The notes under the pieces are model-generated. The model worked only from the letters and a program-made list of their open reading frames with translations. It did no database searches and was not told the origin of the DNA. The position numbers were made by a program, and so were the translations under genes. This document shows positions 12,901 to 21,887 of a DNA stretch of 64,000 nucleotides, in pieces. Origin of the DNA: Candidatus Sabulitectum sp. (GTDB lineage: Bacteria; Fermentibacterota; Fermentibacteria; Fermentibacterales; JCC-6); assembly GCA_021107435.1 (NCBI GenBank), contig JAIOSV010000089.1, forward strand, positions 111,347 to 175,346. The letters are read 5' to 3'. How positions within the stretch are numbered: position 1 is the stretch's first letter; each line of letters opens with the position of its first letter.

Positions 12901-13737
12901 TCCCGCCGCGAGCAGTTTATCGAGTTTCTCCACGCTCTCAACAGGCTCATCGCAACGAACCAGAAGCTCTCCTGTTTCGGGATCAACAATATCTTCAGCA
13001 AAGGATTTATGAACAACCTCTGAAACCTTTGACTGCCTTTTGAGTAATGAGGCGAGATCTCTTTCCTGCACCGGATAAAACGAACTTAGTATCTCTGCTT
13101 CCGAGCCCAATCCCAAAGCTCTCAAAAGCATTGTAATTGGAATACGTTTAGGCTTTTTATCGATATTTGCAAATATTATATCGTTAGAGTCCAGGGTCAG
13201 ATCAAGCCAGGAACCCTTCTGCGGAATCACCCTCGCAGTACAGATTCTCCGTCCCCGCTGCTGCGTCTTTTCTTCGAAAAACACACCGGGACTTCTGTGA
13301 AGCTGACTCACTATGACACGCTCGGCTCCATTAATAATAAATGAACCGTTTTCTGTCATCTGGGGAAGCTCGCCAAGAAATGTACCCTGATCTACAGCCA
13401 TTTTCATAACAAGCGTTTCCGGGTCTCTTGTTACCAGTCGCATTGTAGCATTCAGAGGTGCGGAATATGTTACGCCCCGCTCTACAGCTTCGCGTATTGA
13501 GTGCCTCGGACGACCAATATCGTAACCAACATACTCCAGAGAGAATTCTTTTGTAGAACTCTCAATGGGAAAAATGTCTATCAATATCTTATGTAGCCCC
13601 TGGGGGAGCCTTTCCTCGGGCTTAACATCAGCCTGAAGAAAATTATCGAACGATTCCTTCTGTACTCTCAGCAAGTCAGGAACTCTAATCGCGGGTTTAA
13701 CACGAGAATAATTCCTCACAGGTCTCGTTTTTTTCAC
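9925..13737 (-). CDS. rpoB: DNA-directed RNA polymerase subunit beta
   Basis: MKKTRPVRNYSRVKPAIRVPDLLRVQKESF... is 1270 aa with conserved beta motifs throughout. Confidence 0.97.
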   Translation of the reverse strand: MKKTRPVRNYSRVKPAIRVPDLLRVQKESFDNFLQADVKPEERLPQGLHKILIDIFPIESSTKEFSLEYVGYDIGRPRHSIREAVERGVTYSAPLNATMRLVTRDPETLVMKMAVDQGTFLGELPQMTENGSFIINGAERVIVSQLHRSPGVFFEEKTQQRGRRICTARVIPQKGSWLDLTLDSNDIIFANIDKKPKRIPITMLLRALGLGSEAEILSSFYPVQERDLASLLKRQSKVSEVVHKSFAEDIVDPETGELLVRCDEPVESVEKLDKLLAAGIVKIKFLEPRNDRNSIDSIRRTLAKEEAALGAGVEKSEASATMWIYEALRGTDAPSLDHARSYLRSMFFDSKRYSLSEVGRYKLNERLNINTSMDKLTLTVPDLVSIVDNLICLREGTNVSDDIDHLGNRRVKTVGELLGQEFSKGLARMARTIKDRMGQQDREKLRPQDLVNSRTLSSVINSFFGQSQLSQFMEQTNPLAELTHKRRTSALGEGGLTRERAGFDVRDVHHTHYGRVCPVETPEGPNIGLITTLSVYASINRFGFLETPYRRVINGKITNEVSFLSADKEDRTTVAEADSRVDEENRLAGPLVRARKAGSFPMVTPEEVEYIDVSPMQLVGLSAALIPFLEHDDANRALMGSNMQRQAVPLLFTEDPVVGTGMEEVAARDSGALVTADRAGIITHIDAGRIVVKADGDEYDFDREDVYSLRKFERSNQDTCVNQKPLASIGDLVKKGDILADGMATKNGRLAIGVNALVAFMPWNGYNFEDAIVVSERVVKDDTFTSVHIVEFETQFRETKLGPEELTYDLPNATEKRDAMRNLDESGIVRIGSRIRAGDILVGKVSPKGEQDLSPEERLIRAIFGKRASDVKDTSLKAPVGMSGIVVDVKVYSRRDDTERGRREIESRVDTLREERIESERRLFEDRDSMLREVLTGQKAATFIDGVTGEQLIPEGRKITVTFLKKVDFTDLDFNRQLVEDLVVDDRARRILRSAENKLKELNENYQGIEDKLHRGDELKPGVTRLVKVYIAKRRTLRIGDKMAGRHGNKGVVSIIVPEEDMPYLPDGTPVDICLNPLGVPSRMNVGQIMETNLGMAAADLGINAITPVFDSINNETISDLLEEAGHSRDGKTVLYNGRTGEPFDQRVTVGRMYMLKLAHQVEDKIHARSTGPYAMVTQQPLGGKAQNGGQRLGEMEVWALEAYGASHCLQEMLTIKSDDVDGRTEAYKAIVHGRNVETRGTPEAFNVLLSEMRSLALDVELDMTDERER

Positions 13738-13820
13738 TGCAACTCCTCTACACTGCTCCTGTACCGAAATAAGCTAATTAGCGGTATGTCACGAATCTCT
13801 CACCAGTACCTTTTTAAGAA

Positions 13821-13838
13821 CCCGGCAAGAACTCCGGG
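13821..13838 (-). terminator. rplL-rpoB intergenic hairpin (putative attenuator)
   Basis: A CCCGG/CCGGG hairpin followed on the minus strand by TTCTTAAAAA. Its position matches the known rplL-rpoB attenuator of other bacteria. Confidence 0.3.
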
Positions 13839-13903
13839 AATAAGGGGCTGAAGGCGAGAGAAGTAGTACTCTCCTCCCGCCATCAGTATAGGTAATCCGG
13901 TAT

Positions 13904-14281
13904 CTATTTGAGAACAGCGCTTCCACCGGCCTCTTCAAGCTGCTTCTTTACCTCTTCTGCCTCTGGCTTCTCAACACCTTCTTTAACCTTGGACGGTACA
14001 TTGTCTACAAGATCCTTGGCTTCTTTGAGACCCAGACCTGTAAGTTCACGAACAACCTTGATTACGGCGATCTTCTTAGCGCCAAAGCTTTCAAGAACAA
14101 CATCAAACTCACTCTGCTCTTCGGCTGCTTCTCCTGCAGGACCGGCGGCGGCAACTGCTGCGGCTGGTGCTGCTGCTGAAACACCGAACTTGTCTTCCAT
14201 TTCTTTTACAAGCTCAGCAAGCTCAAGGACGGTCATGTTTGAAATAGCCTCGATGACCGTGGCCTTTCTGTCTTCACTCAT
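13904..14281 (-). CDS. rplL: 50S ribosomal protein L7/L12
   Basis: Ala/Pro-rich hinge plus a conserved C-terminal domain ([19 protein letters not shown]). Confidence 0.95.
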   Translation of the reverse strand: MSEDRKATVIEAISNMTVLELAELVKEMEDKFGVSAAAPAAAVAAAGPAGEAAEEQSEFDVVLESFGAKKIAVIKVVRELTGLGLKEAKDLVDNVPSKVKEGVEKPEAEEVKKQLEEAGGSAVLK

Positions 14282-14335
14282 CGTATTTCCTCCGTACTTC
14301 GCGGAATTCCTGTGAACTCCGTGTTATGGTTCAAG

Positions 14336-14866
14336 TTATTCTTTGCTCTCGCTGATGGCGTTAACAGCGTAAAGGAACTTTCTGATAACACCACTGGTAA
14401 CCATTACGAAACCCTGCAGAGGTGAGTTCATTGAACCAATCACCCGAGCAAGAAGCTCTTCCTTACCTGGCATGTCAGCCAGACTGATAACCTCGTCCGC
14501 ACTGAAGGTTCTTCCGGAAACGAACCCGCCCTTCATTACAAGCAATCCCTTGTGGGCTTTTGAGAAAGCCTTGATAATCCTTGCAGGTGCTACTTCATCT
14601 TCACTGTAGGCTATGGCAGTCGGCCCGTTAAGAAGACCAAAAATGTCCTCCTCCGGCTTTATACCTATCTCCTCAAAAGCACGCTTGAGAAGAGTGTTCT
14701 TGACTACAGTGAAAATCACACCGGCTTCACGCATCTGAAGACGAAGTTCAGTCATATCCTCGACATTGATGCCGGTAAAATCAGCCAGTACAACTGAGCC
14801 TGACTCTCCGATACCACCGTGAAGATCAGAGACTACGACTTCTTTCTGGTTTCTGGTAATACTCAT
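14336..14866 (-). CDS. rplJ: 50S ribosomal protein L10
   Basis: Position between rplA and rplL, and L10-like sequence. Confidence 0.93.
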   Translation of the reverse strand: MSITRNQKEVVVSDLHGGIGESGSVVLADFTGINVEDMTELRLQMREAGVIFTVVKNTLLKRAFEEIGIKPEEDIFGLLNGPTAIAYSEDEVAPARIIKAFSKAHKGLLVMKGGFVSGRTFSADEVISLADMPGKEELLARVIGSMNSPLQGFVMVTSGVIRKFLYAVNAISESKE

Positions 14867-14881
14867 TGTCGCAACTCCTTT

Positions 14882-15583
14882 CTACCTGAGCAGCGTGCGG
14901 ATATCATTGATGTCCACACGAATGCCGGGGCCCATAGTCGAGGAAACAGACATATTCTTGAGATAACGGCCCTTTACTGAGGCCGGTTTCAGCTGAATTA
15001 CTTTCTCCATGAACGTAAGAATGTTTTCTCTGAGAGCATTCTCTTCAAAACTTGCTTTGCCTACGGGAACATGCACATTGCCGGTTTTATCAACCCTGAA
15101 GCTGATTTTTCCGGCCTTTGCATCCTTCACTGCTGCTCCTACTTCCATGGTAACTGTACCCGTTTTCGGGTTAGGCATCAGCCCTCTGGGGCCAAGAACC
15201 CTGCCGAGTTTCCCTACAACACCCATCATGTCAGGTGAAGCGATAACAACATCAAATTCGAGCCATCCATCAGTAATCTTCCGGGCTGTTTCCTCGTCTC
15301 CGATGAAGTCAGCTCCCGCCGCCTTTGCTTCCTCTGCCTTGTCGCCTCTGGCGAAAGCAAGTACGCGGACAACCTTACCGGTTCCGTGAGGGAGCATACA
15401 GGTACCGCGAACAACCTGATCGCTGTACTTGGGATTCACTCCCAGATTACAGGCGACTTCTACTGTTTCGTCAAACCTGGCAGTAGCAAGTTCCTTGATT
15501 GTCGCAACAGTTTCTTCGAGAGTGTAGCTTTTCTCTCTGTCAACGGCTTCCAGGACTTTCGCAAATCTTTTGCTCTTAGCCAT
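14882..15583 (-). CDS. rplA: 50S ribosomal protein L1
   Basis: [24 protein letters not shown]... is a typical L1. Confidence 0.95.
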   Translation of the reverse strand: MAKSKRFAKVLEAVDREKSYTLEETVATIKELATARFDETVEVACNLGVNPKYSDQVVRGTCMLPHGTGKVVRVLAFARGDKAEEAKAAGADFIGDEETARKITDGWLEFDVVIASPDMMGVVGKLGRVLGPRGLMPNPKTGTVTMEVGAAVKDAKAGKISFRVDKTGNVHVPVGKASFEENALRENILTFMEKVIQLKPASVKGRYLKNMSVSSTMGPGIRVDINDIRTLLR

Positions 15584-16004
15584 CCACCACCTCCAGGCCC
15601 ATGCTGCGTGCTGTGCCGGCTATCATTCTGATAGCTGCATCCTCTGACGCTGCATTCAGGTCATTGACTTTCAGCCTGGCAATCTCCCGGCACTGTTCAA
15701 CAGTAACAGTTCCAACCTTTTCACGGTTGGATTCGGCAGATCCCTTAGCTAACCCGGCTGCCCGTTTCAGCAATACTGAAGCAGGAGGGGACTTGAGTAT
15801 GAAGGTAAAGCTTCTGTCTTTGAAGACAGTCACTACCGCAGGAACAATAAGTCCTTCTTTGCCCTGGGTTCGGGCGTTGAAGTCTTTACAGAACCCGGCC
15901 AGATTTATTCCGTACTGGCCGAGGGCCGGGCCAACCGGTGGTGCCGGTGTAGCCTTGCCTGCAGGGAGCTGAAGCTTTACCACGCCCAAGATTTTCTTGG
16001 CCAT
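15576..16004 (-). CDS. rplK: 50S ribosomal protein L11
   Basis: [34 protein letters not shown] is the L11 signature. Confidence 0.96.
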   Translation of the reverse strand: MAKKILGVVKLQLPAGKATPAPPVGPALGQYGINLAGFCKDFNARTQGKEGLIVPAVVTVFKDRSFTFILKSPPASVLLKRAAGLAKGSAESNREKVGTVTVEQCREIARLKVNDLNAASEDAAIRMIAGTARSMGLEVVDG

Positions 16005-16099
16005 GGTTACTCCTTTCTGCTGCTTACTCCTCCCCTTACTGGAGTGAGCAGTAGTCTACCGGATTTTTGTGATAAATATCTAAAGGTTCCGGTGTACCT

Positions 16100-16705
16100 T
16101 CAGACAATCCTGACTTGTTTATAATCTATTTCTACCGGCGCTTTACGCCCGAATATCGTAAATATTATCCTGACCTTGCCTCGCTCAGCGTTAATAGCCT
16201 CCACAACACCTGTGAAGTTTCTGAACGGACCATCGGTTACCCTCACAGTCTGTCCGACTTTAAACTGTATCCTGATGATTTTTTTGTCCGATACTCCTGT
16301 GGTCTGTCCCTGAATTTTTTTCATATCCGAATCGGTAAGAGGCACAGGTTTTCCTCTGTTCATAGGAGGAAATCCGCTGACATTGTTCATTGCACGAATA
16401 TCCATAATAATCTCATCCGATATTTCCAGTTCAACAAACACATAACCGGGATAGAGCTTTTTCTCCCTGGTGTACTCTTTGCCGTTCTTCCGGTGAGTAA
16501 TCTCCTCTGTGGGTATCAGAGTCTTTCCAATACGACCGGGATATCTGCGAAACAACTGACCCTCAAGGAATTTCGCAACCCTCTGTTCGTAACCGGAAAA
16601 TGAGTGAACTACATACCACTTGAAATTATTATTCTCTTCTTCAGACTCGGCCACAACCTCGTCCGCTCCGTTATCCGTATTCGCCAACGGTTCTTCCACA
16701 GTCAT
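16100..16705 (-). CDS. nusG: transcription termination/antitermination factor NusG
   Basis: NGN domain (WYVVHSFSGYE) plus a KOW domain. Sits in the conserved secE-nusG-rplK position. Confidence 0.9.
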   Translation of the reverse strand: MTVEEPLANTDNGADEVVAESEEENNNFKWYVVHSFSGYEQRVAKFLEGQLFRRYPGRIGKTLIPTEEITHRKNGKEYTREKKLYPGYVFVELEISDEIIMDIRAMNNVSGFPPMNRGKPVPLTDSDMKKIQGQTTGVSDKKIIRIQFKVGQTVRVTDGPFRNFTGVVEAINAERGKVRIIFTIFGRKAPVEIDYKQVRIV

Positions 16706-16731
16706 TGTGCGCCTTTCTCTGAGGATTCTTC

Positions 16732-16968
16732 CTAACCCAGGAGCCGGAGAAGACCGGCCATGACCGTCCCTGTAATCTTATCAACTATGAATATCCAGGT
16801 TGCCACAACCACAACTGCACCGATTACAACCCATGTGGAAGAAATCGCTTCATCGCGGCTGGGCCAAGCCACCTTGGTCATTTCGGCTTTTACCTCTCCG
16901 AAAAACACTGTGACTATCTGCAGCCATCTAACCAGCAGATTCCCACTTCTTGCAGCCTTTGCGGCCAT
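16732..16968 (-). CDS. secE: preprotein translocase subunit SecE
   Basis: 78-aa protein with a single C-terminal TM, located between tRNA-Trp and nusG. The longer ORF-track form (to 17079) overlaps tRNA-Trp. Internal ATG at 16968 has an AAGGA SD. Confidence 0.75.
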   Translation of the reverse strand: MAAKAARSGNLLVRWLQIVTVFFGEVKAEMTKVAWPSRDEAISSTWVVIGAVVVVATWIFIVDKITGTVMAGLLRLLG

Positions 16969-17018
16969 CTCCCCGTCCTTTCGGCGTTTTCTGTCAATGC
17001 TCTGTAATAAAGAGCGGC

Positions 17019-17094
17019 TGGCAGGGCAGGAAGGACTTGAACCCTCAACCCCCGGATTTGGAGTCCGGTGCACTGCCAATTGTGCTACTGCCCT
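17019..17094 (-). tRNA. tRNA-Trp (anticodon CCA)
   Basis: Manual cloverleaf: acceptor AGGGCAG/CTGCCCT, D stem GCAC/GTGC, anticodon stem CCGGA/TCCGG with loop CTCCAAA, T arm GAGGG-TTCAAGT-CCTTC, discriminator G and encoded CCA. Length 76 nt. Confidence 0.9.
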
Positions 17095-17125
17095 GCGACC
17101 TCTCTTCTTAACCGGTCAATACTGC

Positions 17126-17275
17126 TTATTTACCTTCTCTGTGCAGAGTATGCTTTCTGCAGAAGCGGCAGTACTTCTTGAGCTCCATCCTCTCGGGATG
17201 GGTTCTTTTGTTCTTGGTAGTGGTGTAATTTCTACGCTTGCACTCTGTGCATGCCAGTGTCGCTATAATTCTCAC
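17126..17275 (-). CDS. rpmG: 50S ribosomal protein L33
   Basis: 49-aa ORF missing from the track because it is under 60 aa. Sequence is [50 protein letters not shown] with the L33 Cys4 ribbon. GTG start lies 7 nt after the tuf stop. Sits in the classical position between tuf and tRNA-Trp. Confidence 0.8.
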   Translation of the reverse strand: MRIIATLACTECKRRNYTTTKNKRTHPERMELKKYCRFCRKHTLHREGK

Positions 17276-17282
17276 CGCTAAC

Positions 17283-18479
17283 CTACTTTAATACCTTTGT
17301 AACAACTCCTGCGCCTACCGTGCGTCCGCCTTCGCGAATAGCGAAACGGAGGCCCTCTTCCATGGCGATGGGAGTAATAAGTTTAACTGTCATCTTCACA
17401 TTGTCACCGGGCATGATCATTTCCATACCCTCAGGAAGGCCGATAGCTCCTGTAACATCAGTTGTACGGAAGTAGAACTGAGGCCTGTAACCGTTAAAGA
17501 ATGGCTTGTGACGGCCACCCTCCTTCTGGCTGAGGATGTAAACCTCTCCCTCGAAATCGGTATGAGGCGTGATTGAACCCGGTTTGGCGATAACCTGACC
17601 GCGCTCGATCTCATCTTTGCCAACACCCCTGAGGAGAAGGCCTACATTGTCGCCGGCCATGCCCTCATCGAGGATTTTACGGAACATCTCAACACCTGTG
17701 CAGACTGTAGGGCGTGTTTCACGGATACCAACAAGCTCGATCTTGTCCTGTGTGTGAACTATACCGCGCTCAATACGACCGGTGGCAACAGTACCACGGC
17801 CCGGAATCGAGAAAACATCTTCAACAGGCATGAGGAAAGGCTTGTCTGTGTCACGCTCAGGAGTGGGAATCCAGGTATCAACAGCTTCCATGAGCTCATA
17901 AATGCATTTGGCATCAGGATCATCGGGCATGCCTGTGCAGTTAAGAGCCTTGAGAGCTGAACCGCGAATAATCGGGCTCTCTTCTTCAAATTTGTATTTG
18001 TCAAGAAGTTCCTGAACTTCCATCTCTACAAGCTCGATTAGCTCGTCATCATCAACCATGTCTACCTTGTTGAGGAATACAACCATTCTGGGAACATTCA
18101 CCTGACGGGCAAGAAGAACGTGCTCCTTGGTCTGGGCCATAACACCGTCATTTGCACCGATAACAAGAATCGCGCCATCCATCTGCGCAGCACCTGTAAT
18201 CATGTTCTTGATGTAATCAGCGTGACCCGGACAGTCAACGTGAGCATAGTGTCTGTTTTCTGTCTGGTACTCCTGATGGGAAGTGGCGATTGTTATACCG
18301 CGAGCCTTTTCCTCCGGAGCGTTATCAATCTGATCAAATGCCACATAATCCACGTTGTCATGCTGTGTGGCAAGGCACTTGGTGATCGCAGCGGTAAGAG
18401 TTGTCTTACCGTGATCAATGTGACCAATAGTACCCACATTCACATGGGGTTTATTCCTCTCAAATTTTTCTTTGGCCAT
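17283..18479 (-). CDS. tuf: elongation factor Tu
   Basis: [33 protein letters not shown]... is full-length EF-Tu. Confidence 0.98.
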   Translation of the reverse strand: MAKEKFERNKPHVNVGTIGHIDHGKTTLTAAITKCLATQHDNVDYVAFDQIDNAPEEKARGITIATSHQEYQTENRHYAHVDCPGHADYIKNMITGAAQMDGAILVIGANDGVMAQTKEHVLLARQVNVPRMVVFLNKVDMVDDDELIELVEMEVQELLDKYKFEEESPIIRGSALKALNCTGMPDDPDAKCIYELMEAVDTWIPTPERDTDKPFLMPVEDVFSIPGRGTVATGRIERGIVHTQDKIELVGIRETRPTVCTGVEMFRKILDEGMAGDNVGLLLRGVGKDEIERGQVIAKPGSITPHTDFEGEVYILSQKEGGRHKPFFNGYRPQFYFRTTDVTGAIGLPEGMEMIMPGDNVKMTVKLITPIAMEEGLRFAIREGGRTVGAGVVTKVLK

Positions 18480-18561
18480 GAGCTACTCCTACTCTCGGCA
18501 AGGGTTTTCGTAATCTGCCTATCTCTTCAACTCTTCTTTCGCCGCACACACAAAGGCCTCG

Positions 18562-18637
<76 letters not shown>

Positions 18638-18668
18638 ACCCAAAACCTGAAGCCGCCTCCTGCGGTTC

Positions 18669-18744
18669 TGGAGCGGGAGACGAGCCTCGAACTCGCGACC
18701 CTCAGCTTGGAAGGCTGATGCTCTGCCAACTGAGCTACTCCCGC
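18669..18744 (-). tRNA. tRNA-Gly (anticodon TCC)
   Basis: Acceptor GCGGGAG/CTCCCGC, anticodon loop CTTCCAA, encoded CCA. Length 76 nt. Confidence 0.9.
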
Positions 18745-18753
18745 TCGGAACCA

Positions 18754-18839
18754 TGGTGGCGAGGGGTGGATTTGAACCACCGAAGGCATCCGCCAACAGA
18801 TTTACAGTCTGCCCCCTTTGACCACTCGGGAACCTCGCC
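18754..18839 (-). tRNA. tRNA-Tyr (anticodon GTA)
   Basis: Acceptor GGCGAGG/CCTCGCC, anticodon loop CTGTAAA, long variable arm, CCA. Length 86 nt. Near-identical in architecture to E. coli tyrU. Confidence 0.9.
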
Positions 18840-18881
18840 ACTGTCCTTTATGTAGTAACGCTTTATGCGTTTTTTTCTTCC

Positions 18882-18957
18882 TGGAGCTGGCGATGGGACT
18901 TGAACCCGCAACCTGCTGATTACAAATCAGCTGCTCTACCAATTGAGCTACGCCAGC
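18882..18957 (-). tRNA. tRNA-Thr (anticodon TGT)
   Basis: Acceptor GCTGGCG/CGCCAGC, anticodon stem GCTGA/TCAGC with loop TTTGTAA, CCA. Length 76 nt. Confidence 0.9.
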
Positions 18958-19102
18958 GCAGGACAGCGATAATACTACGGTATGAAATGACCGTCAAGTC
19001 TGAAATACAGTAAAAGCACGTACCTGTTGACACGCGGATTTTTTATTCATAATTCATAACTCGGTGTCCAAACTTTCTTTTTGATTGGAGGCTGCCAGAA
19101 AT

Positions 19103-19945
19103 ATGAACAAATATGGAATTCCAGCGGCGATTCTGCTCGCCTGCACTGTGCTTTTTTCAGCCTGCGGTGGAGAGAATCCGATTCCGGAATTACGTCTTGT
19201 GCCTGGCACGGCACTCCTCCATGTGCATGTTGAACCCGGTTTAAACTCCAGCTTAACATCTTTTGCCGGGGACAATGTCAGCGGTTTTGTTCTTGCTGAC
19301 TCTCTGCTTAAGAAGGGATCTCTGGGTCTTTCCCTTATTGGTGTTGATATTTCAACACTGGAGCCCCAACTTCTCATACTTACCCGGAACGCAACAACAG
19401 AATATGCCACTGCTCTTGCTGCCAGAGTTCTGAATCTTGATCCCAGACAGGAAGCAAACAGGGTTGATCTTATGTCAGAACACGGGTACGCCAGAGCTTC
19501 AGTTGCTGGAAGAGACGGATGGACAGCTGTTTACATAGGGCCAGCACCGCACATCACACTTGGCAGCTGGCTGGATCTAAAGAGAGATAATTCCCTTGCG
19601 GCGGATACCTCCCTGGCAAAGGTGATACCAGAGAACAGACACATAACAGTCCTTTTCCCGGGAAATCTGTTCGGATTTGTATCGCTGTTGCCACTGGAAA
19701 GACAAATCCCATGGTGGACAAACTACAAGGATGCAGCCGAAACGGTAAAACCCGCGGCTCTATCCCTCTCTTTCTCCTGGCCGGAGCCGCATGCGGAAGA
19801 ACCTGTTCAGGCAGGAATTATTCTTGCCCGACGGGATGGAGGAGTCAGTTCTGTAGAGATTTCGGTATCCGATACCCGCATTGACACTGACAGCTGCTTC
19901 ACTCTTCTGCTGAATCTGGCAGAAAGGAGTGTCTTTAATGAGTAA
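19103..19945 (+). CDS. lipoprotein, hypothetical
   Basis: MNKYGIPAAILLACTVLFSACGG has a signal peptide and Cys lipobox. GGAGG SD lies 11 nt upstream of the ATG. The ORF-track start at 19085 is a TTG. First gene of a three-gene operon with the ABC pair. Confidence 0.5.
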   Translation: MNKYGIPAAILLACTVLFSACGGENPIPELRLVPGTALLHVHVEPGLNSSLTSFAGDNVSGFVLADSLLKKGSLGLSLIGVDISTLEPQLLILTRNATTEYATALAARVLNLDPRQEANRVDLMSEHGYARASVAGRDGWTAVYIGPAPHITLGSWLDLKRDNSLAADTSLAKVIPENRHITVLFPGNLFGFVSLLPLERQIPWWTNYKDAAETVKPAALSLSFSWPEPHAEEPVQAGIILARRDGGVSSVEISVSDTRIDTDSCFTLLLNLAERSVFNE

Positions 19946-20609
19946 ACCTTTAATCAGCGCCCACTCTATTGTAAGATTCTTCGACAGCCTCAAGGTTCTT
20001 AACGGCAGCGAGTTCAACCTGACAGAAGGAGAATTTGTAGCCATAACCGGCAAAAGCGGAGTTGGAAAGTCCACTCTGCTGGGCGTTCTTGGCACCCTTG
20101 ATTCTTCCTTCAGCGGAGAACTGTTTATCAACGGAGTTAATACAGCTGAAGCCTCCTCCTCGCAGCTGGCAGAACTGCGCAGGGAATTTATGGGGTTCAT
20201 TTTTCAGGATTTTCACCTGCTTCCCAATCTCAGTGCTCTGGACAATGTTCTTCTCCCGGCGGTTTTCTGCGGAACAGACACCGGCAGTATCAGAGATGAC
20301 GCAAGGGCTATTCTTTCCAGACTGGATCTTCGAAATGATAACACACCAACACGATTTCTCTCAAGGGGTGAAAGACAGAGAGTTGCCTCTGCCAGAGCAC
20401 TGGTTAACAATCCGCGGGTTCTCATGGCTGATGAACCCACAGCAAGTCTGGACGAAGAGAGTGAGGCAAATCTCTTCGATCTGCTTGATTCGCTGCGCAA
20501 GGAAAAGGGATTTGCGATGATTGCCGTCCTGCACTCGAAAAAAATACTCTCCAGGGCAGACAGAATTCTTGAGCTCAAGGAGGGAGTTCTTTATGAAAAA
20601 CATGCGTAA
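19938..20609 (+). CDS. ABC transporter ATP-binding protein (LolD/MacB-type)
   Basis: Walker A GKSGVGKST, ABC signature LSRGERQRVASARAL and Walker B VLMADEPT. The ATG at 19938 has an AAAGGAG SD and overlaps the upstream stop. The track start at 19929 is a GTG. Confidence 0.85.
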   Translation: MSKPLISAHSIVRFFDSLKVLNGSEFNLTEGEFVAITGKSGVGKSTLLGVLGTLDSSFSGELFINGVNTAEASSSQLAELRREFMGFIFQDFHLLPNLSALDNVLLPAVFCGTDTGSIRDDARAILSRLDLRNDNTPTRFLSRGERQRVASARALVNNPRVLMADEPTASLDEESEANLFDLLDSLRKEKGFAMIAVLHSKKILSRADRILELKEGVLYEKHA

Positions 20610-21876
20610 AGCCATATCCCTCTGGAACCGCGGCCACTGGAAAGATTATGTGTTCAGCCAGGGCATGCTGCTTATTGCCTCCCTTCTTCTTGTCTTCTTC
20701 ATATCCATAGGACTGGGTGTAGGGACTATTCTTCAAAGGTTCCTCTCCTCTGATCTTCCCGAGGAACAGGTTCGTGTTACACCACTTGGCGTTCAGGCAG
20801 GGTTTTTCCAGACGGAAAGAGGCGGCATGGAGATTACTGCCGACATCATGGATTCTCTCGCCGCGCTCCCGCAGGTGGATAGAATTGACCCTCAGGTTTA
20901 TGCCCATGTTCCAGCGTACCTGAGAGGACTCCTCGGGGGAAGAAACTATTACACGGACATCACTCTTGAAGGAGTCTCCGATGCCTTCGTACCCGATTCC
21001 ATGCTGGAGCACATCGACTGGAACTACACACTGAGTGACAGCTCGGAAAAACCTCTTCCAATAATCCTCAGTGAAAATCTTCTCATTCTTTACAACGCCG
21101 GCTTCGCTGAATCCAACGGACTCATGGGTCTTACCCCTGAAGGAGTCATTGGCCTTGAGGTAAGGGTAAATGTGGGCAGCAGCTCAATCGCCTCACTCCA
21201 GGCACCGCCGATTAATCTTCGAGCAGAGATAGTGGGAACATCCCGAAATACGGCTCTTTTTGCTCTGGCAGTTCCAATCGAGTTTGTAGAGGAAGTAAAC
21301 GCTCTTTACCTTCCGGATGACCGGCACACGTACAGCGCCCTGATGGTAACAGCTCACGAAGCGGAAGATGTGCCGGAAATAGTGCGTTACGCGGAAGAAC
21401 TGGGCCTTTCCGCGGAGACCCGCCGTGGAATAGCCCAGAAGGCCGAGATCCTGGTTGGTGTGGTAACGGCAGCTCTCGGAGCACTTGCCGCGGCAATTCT
21501 CTTCTCCGCTGTAGCCAGTGCCATTCACACTCTTGTCGCAGATCTAAAAAACAGATCTTACGCGCTTGGTGTTCTTGTAGCTCTGGGGACTAAAAGAGAG
21601 AGGCTGGTATACATTTTTGCCTTCCAGATTTTCTTCATGTCTCTGATCAGCACTGTATCGGGAGGCTTGCTGGGCTGCGGTCTGTCTTACCTTGTGAGCA
21701 CAACCTTACTGAACCTGCTTCCTGTACTGAAAATGGCGGTGAACTCACTGGCAGTGTTCCCTGTCGGCTGGCTCTCGGCAGGGCTTGGGCTTGTTCTTTC
21801 GGTTTCAACTGTTTCAGCCTGGTTCTTTTTCAGAAAAATACTGACAACACCTGTCACTGAACTTTTACGACGCTAG
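20593..21876 (+). CDS. ABC transporter permease, FtsX/MacB-like
   Basis: One N-terminal TM, a large periplasmic domain and three C-terminal TMs of FtsX type. The ATG at 20593 has an AAGGAGGGAG SD. The track start at 20521 is a TTG. Confidence 0.75.
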   Translation: MKNMRKAISLWNRGHWKDYVFSQGMLLIASLLLVFFISIGLGVGTILQRFLSSDLPEEQVRVTPLGVQAGFFQTERGGMEITADIMDSLAALPQVDRIDPQVYAHVPAYLRGLLGGRNYYTDITLEGVSDAFVPDSMLEHIDWNYTLSDSSEKPLPIILSENLLILYNAGFAESNGLMGLTPEGVIGLEVRVNVGSSSIASLQAPPINLRAEIVGTSRNTALFALAVPIEFVEEVNALYLPDDRHTYSALMVTAHEAEDVPEIVRYAEELGLSAETRRGIAQKAEILVGVVTAALGALAAAILFSAVASAIHTLVADLKNRSYALGVLVALGTKRERLVYIFAFQIFFMSLISTVSGGLLGCGLSYLVSTTLLNLLPVLKMAVNSLAVFPVGWLSAGLGLVLSVSTVSAWFFFRKILTTPVTELLRR

Positions 21877-21887
21877 AGGAGAGAAAA

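Noticed and set aside
5574-13023. Numerous 60-270-aa ORFs on either strand inside rpoB and rpoC (e.g. 8829..9641 +, 10198..10953 +)
   Set aside because: They are fully embedded in highly conserved essential genes and are artefacts of long GC-balanced coding sequence.
16969-17079. N-terminal 37-aa extension of the SecE ORF
   Set aside because: It overlaps tRNA-Trp (17019-17094) on the same strand. The internal ATG with an SD gives a normal 78-aa SecE.
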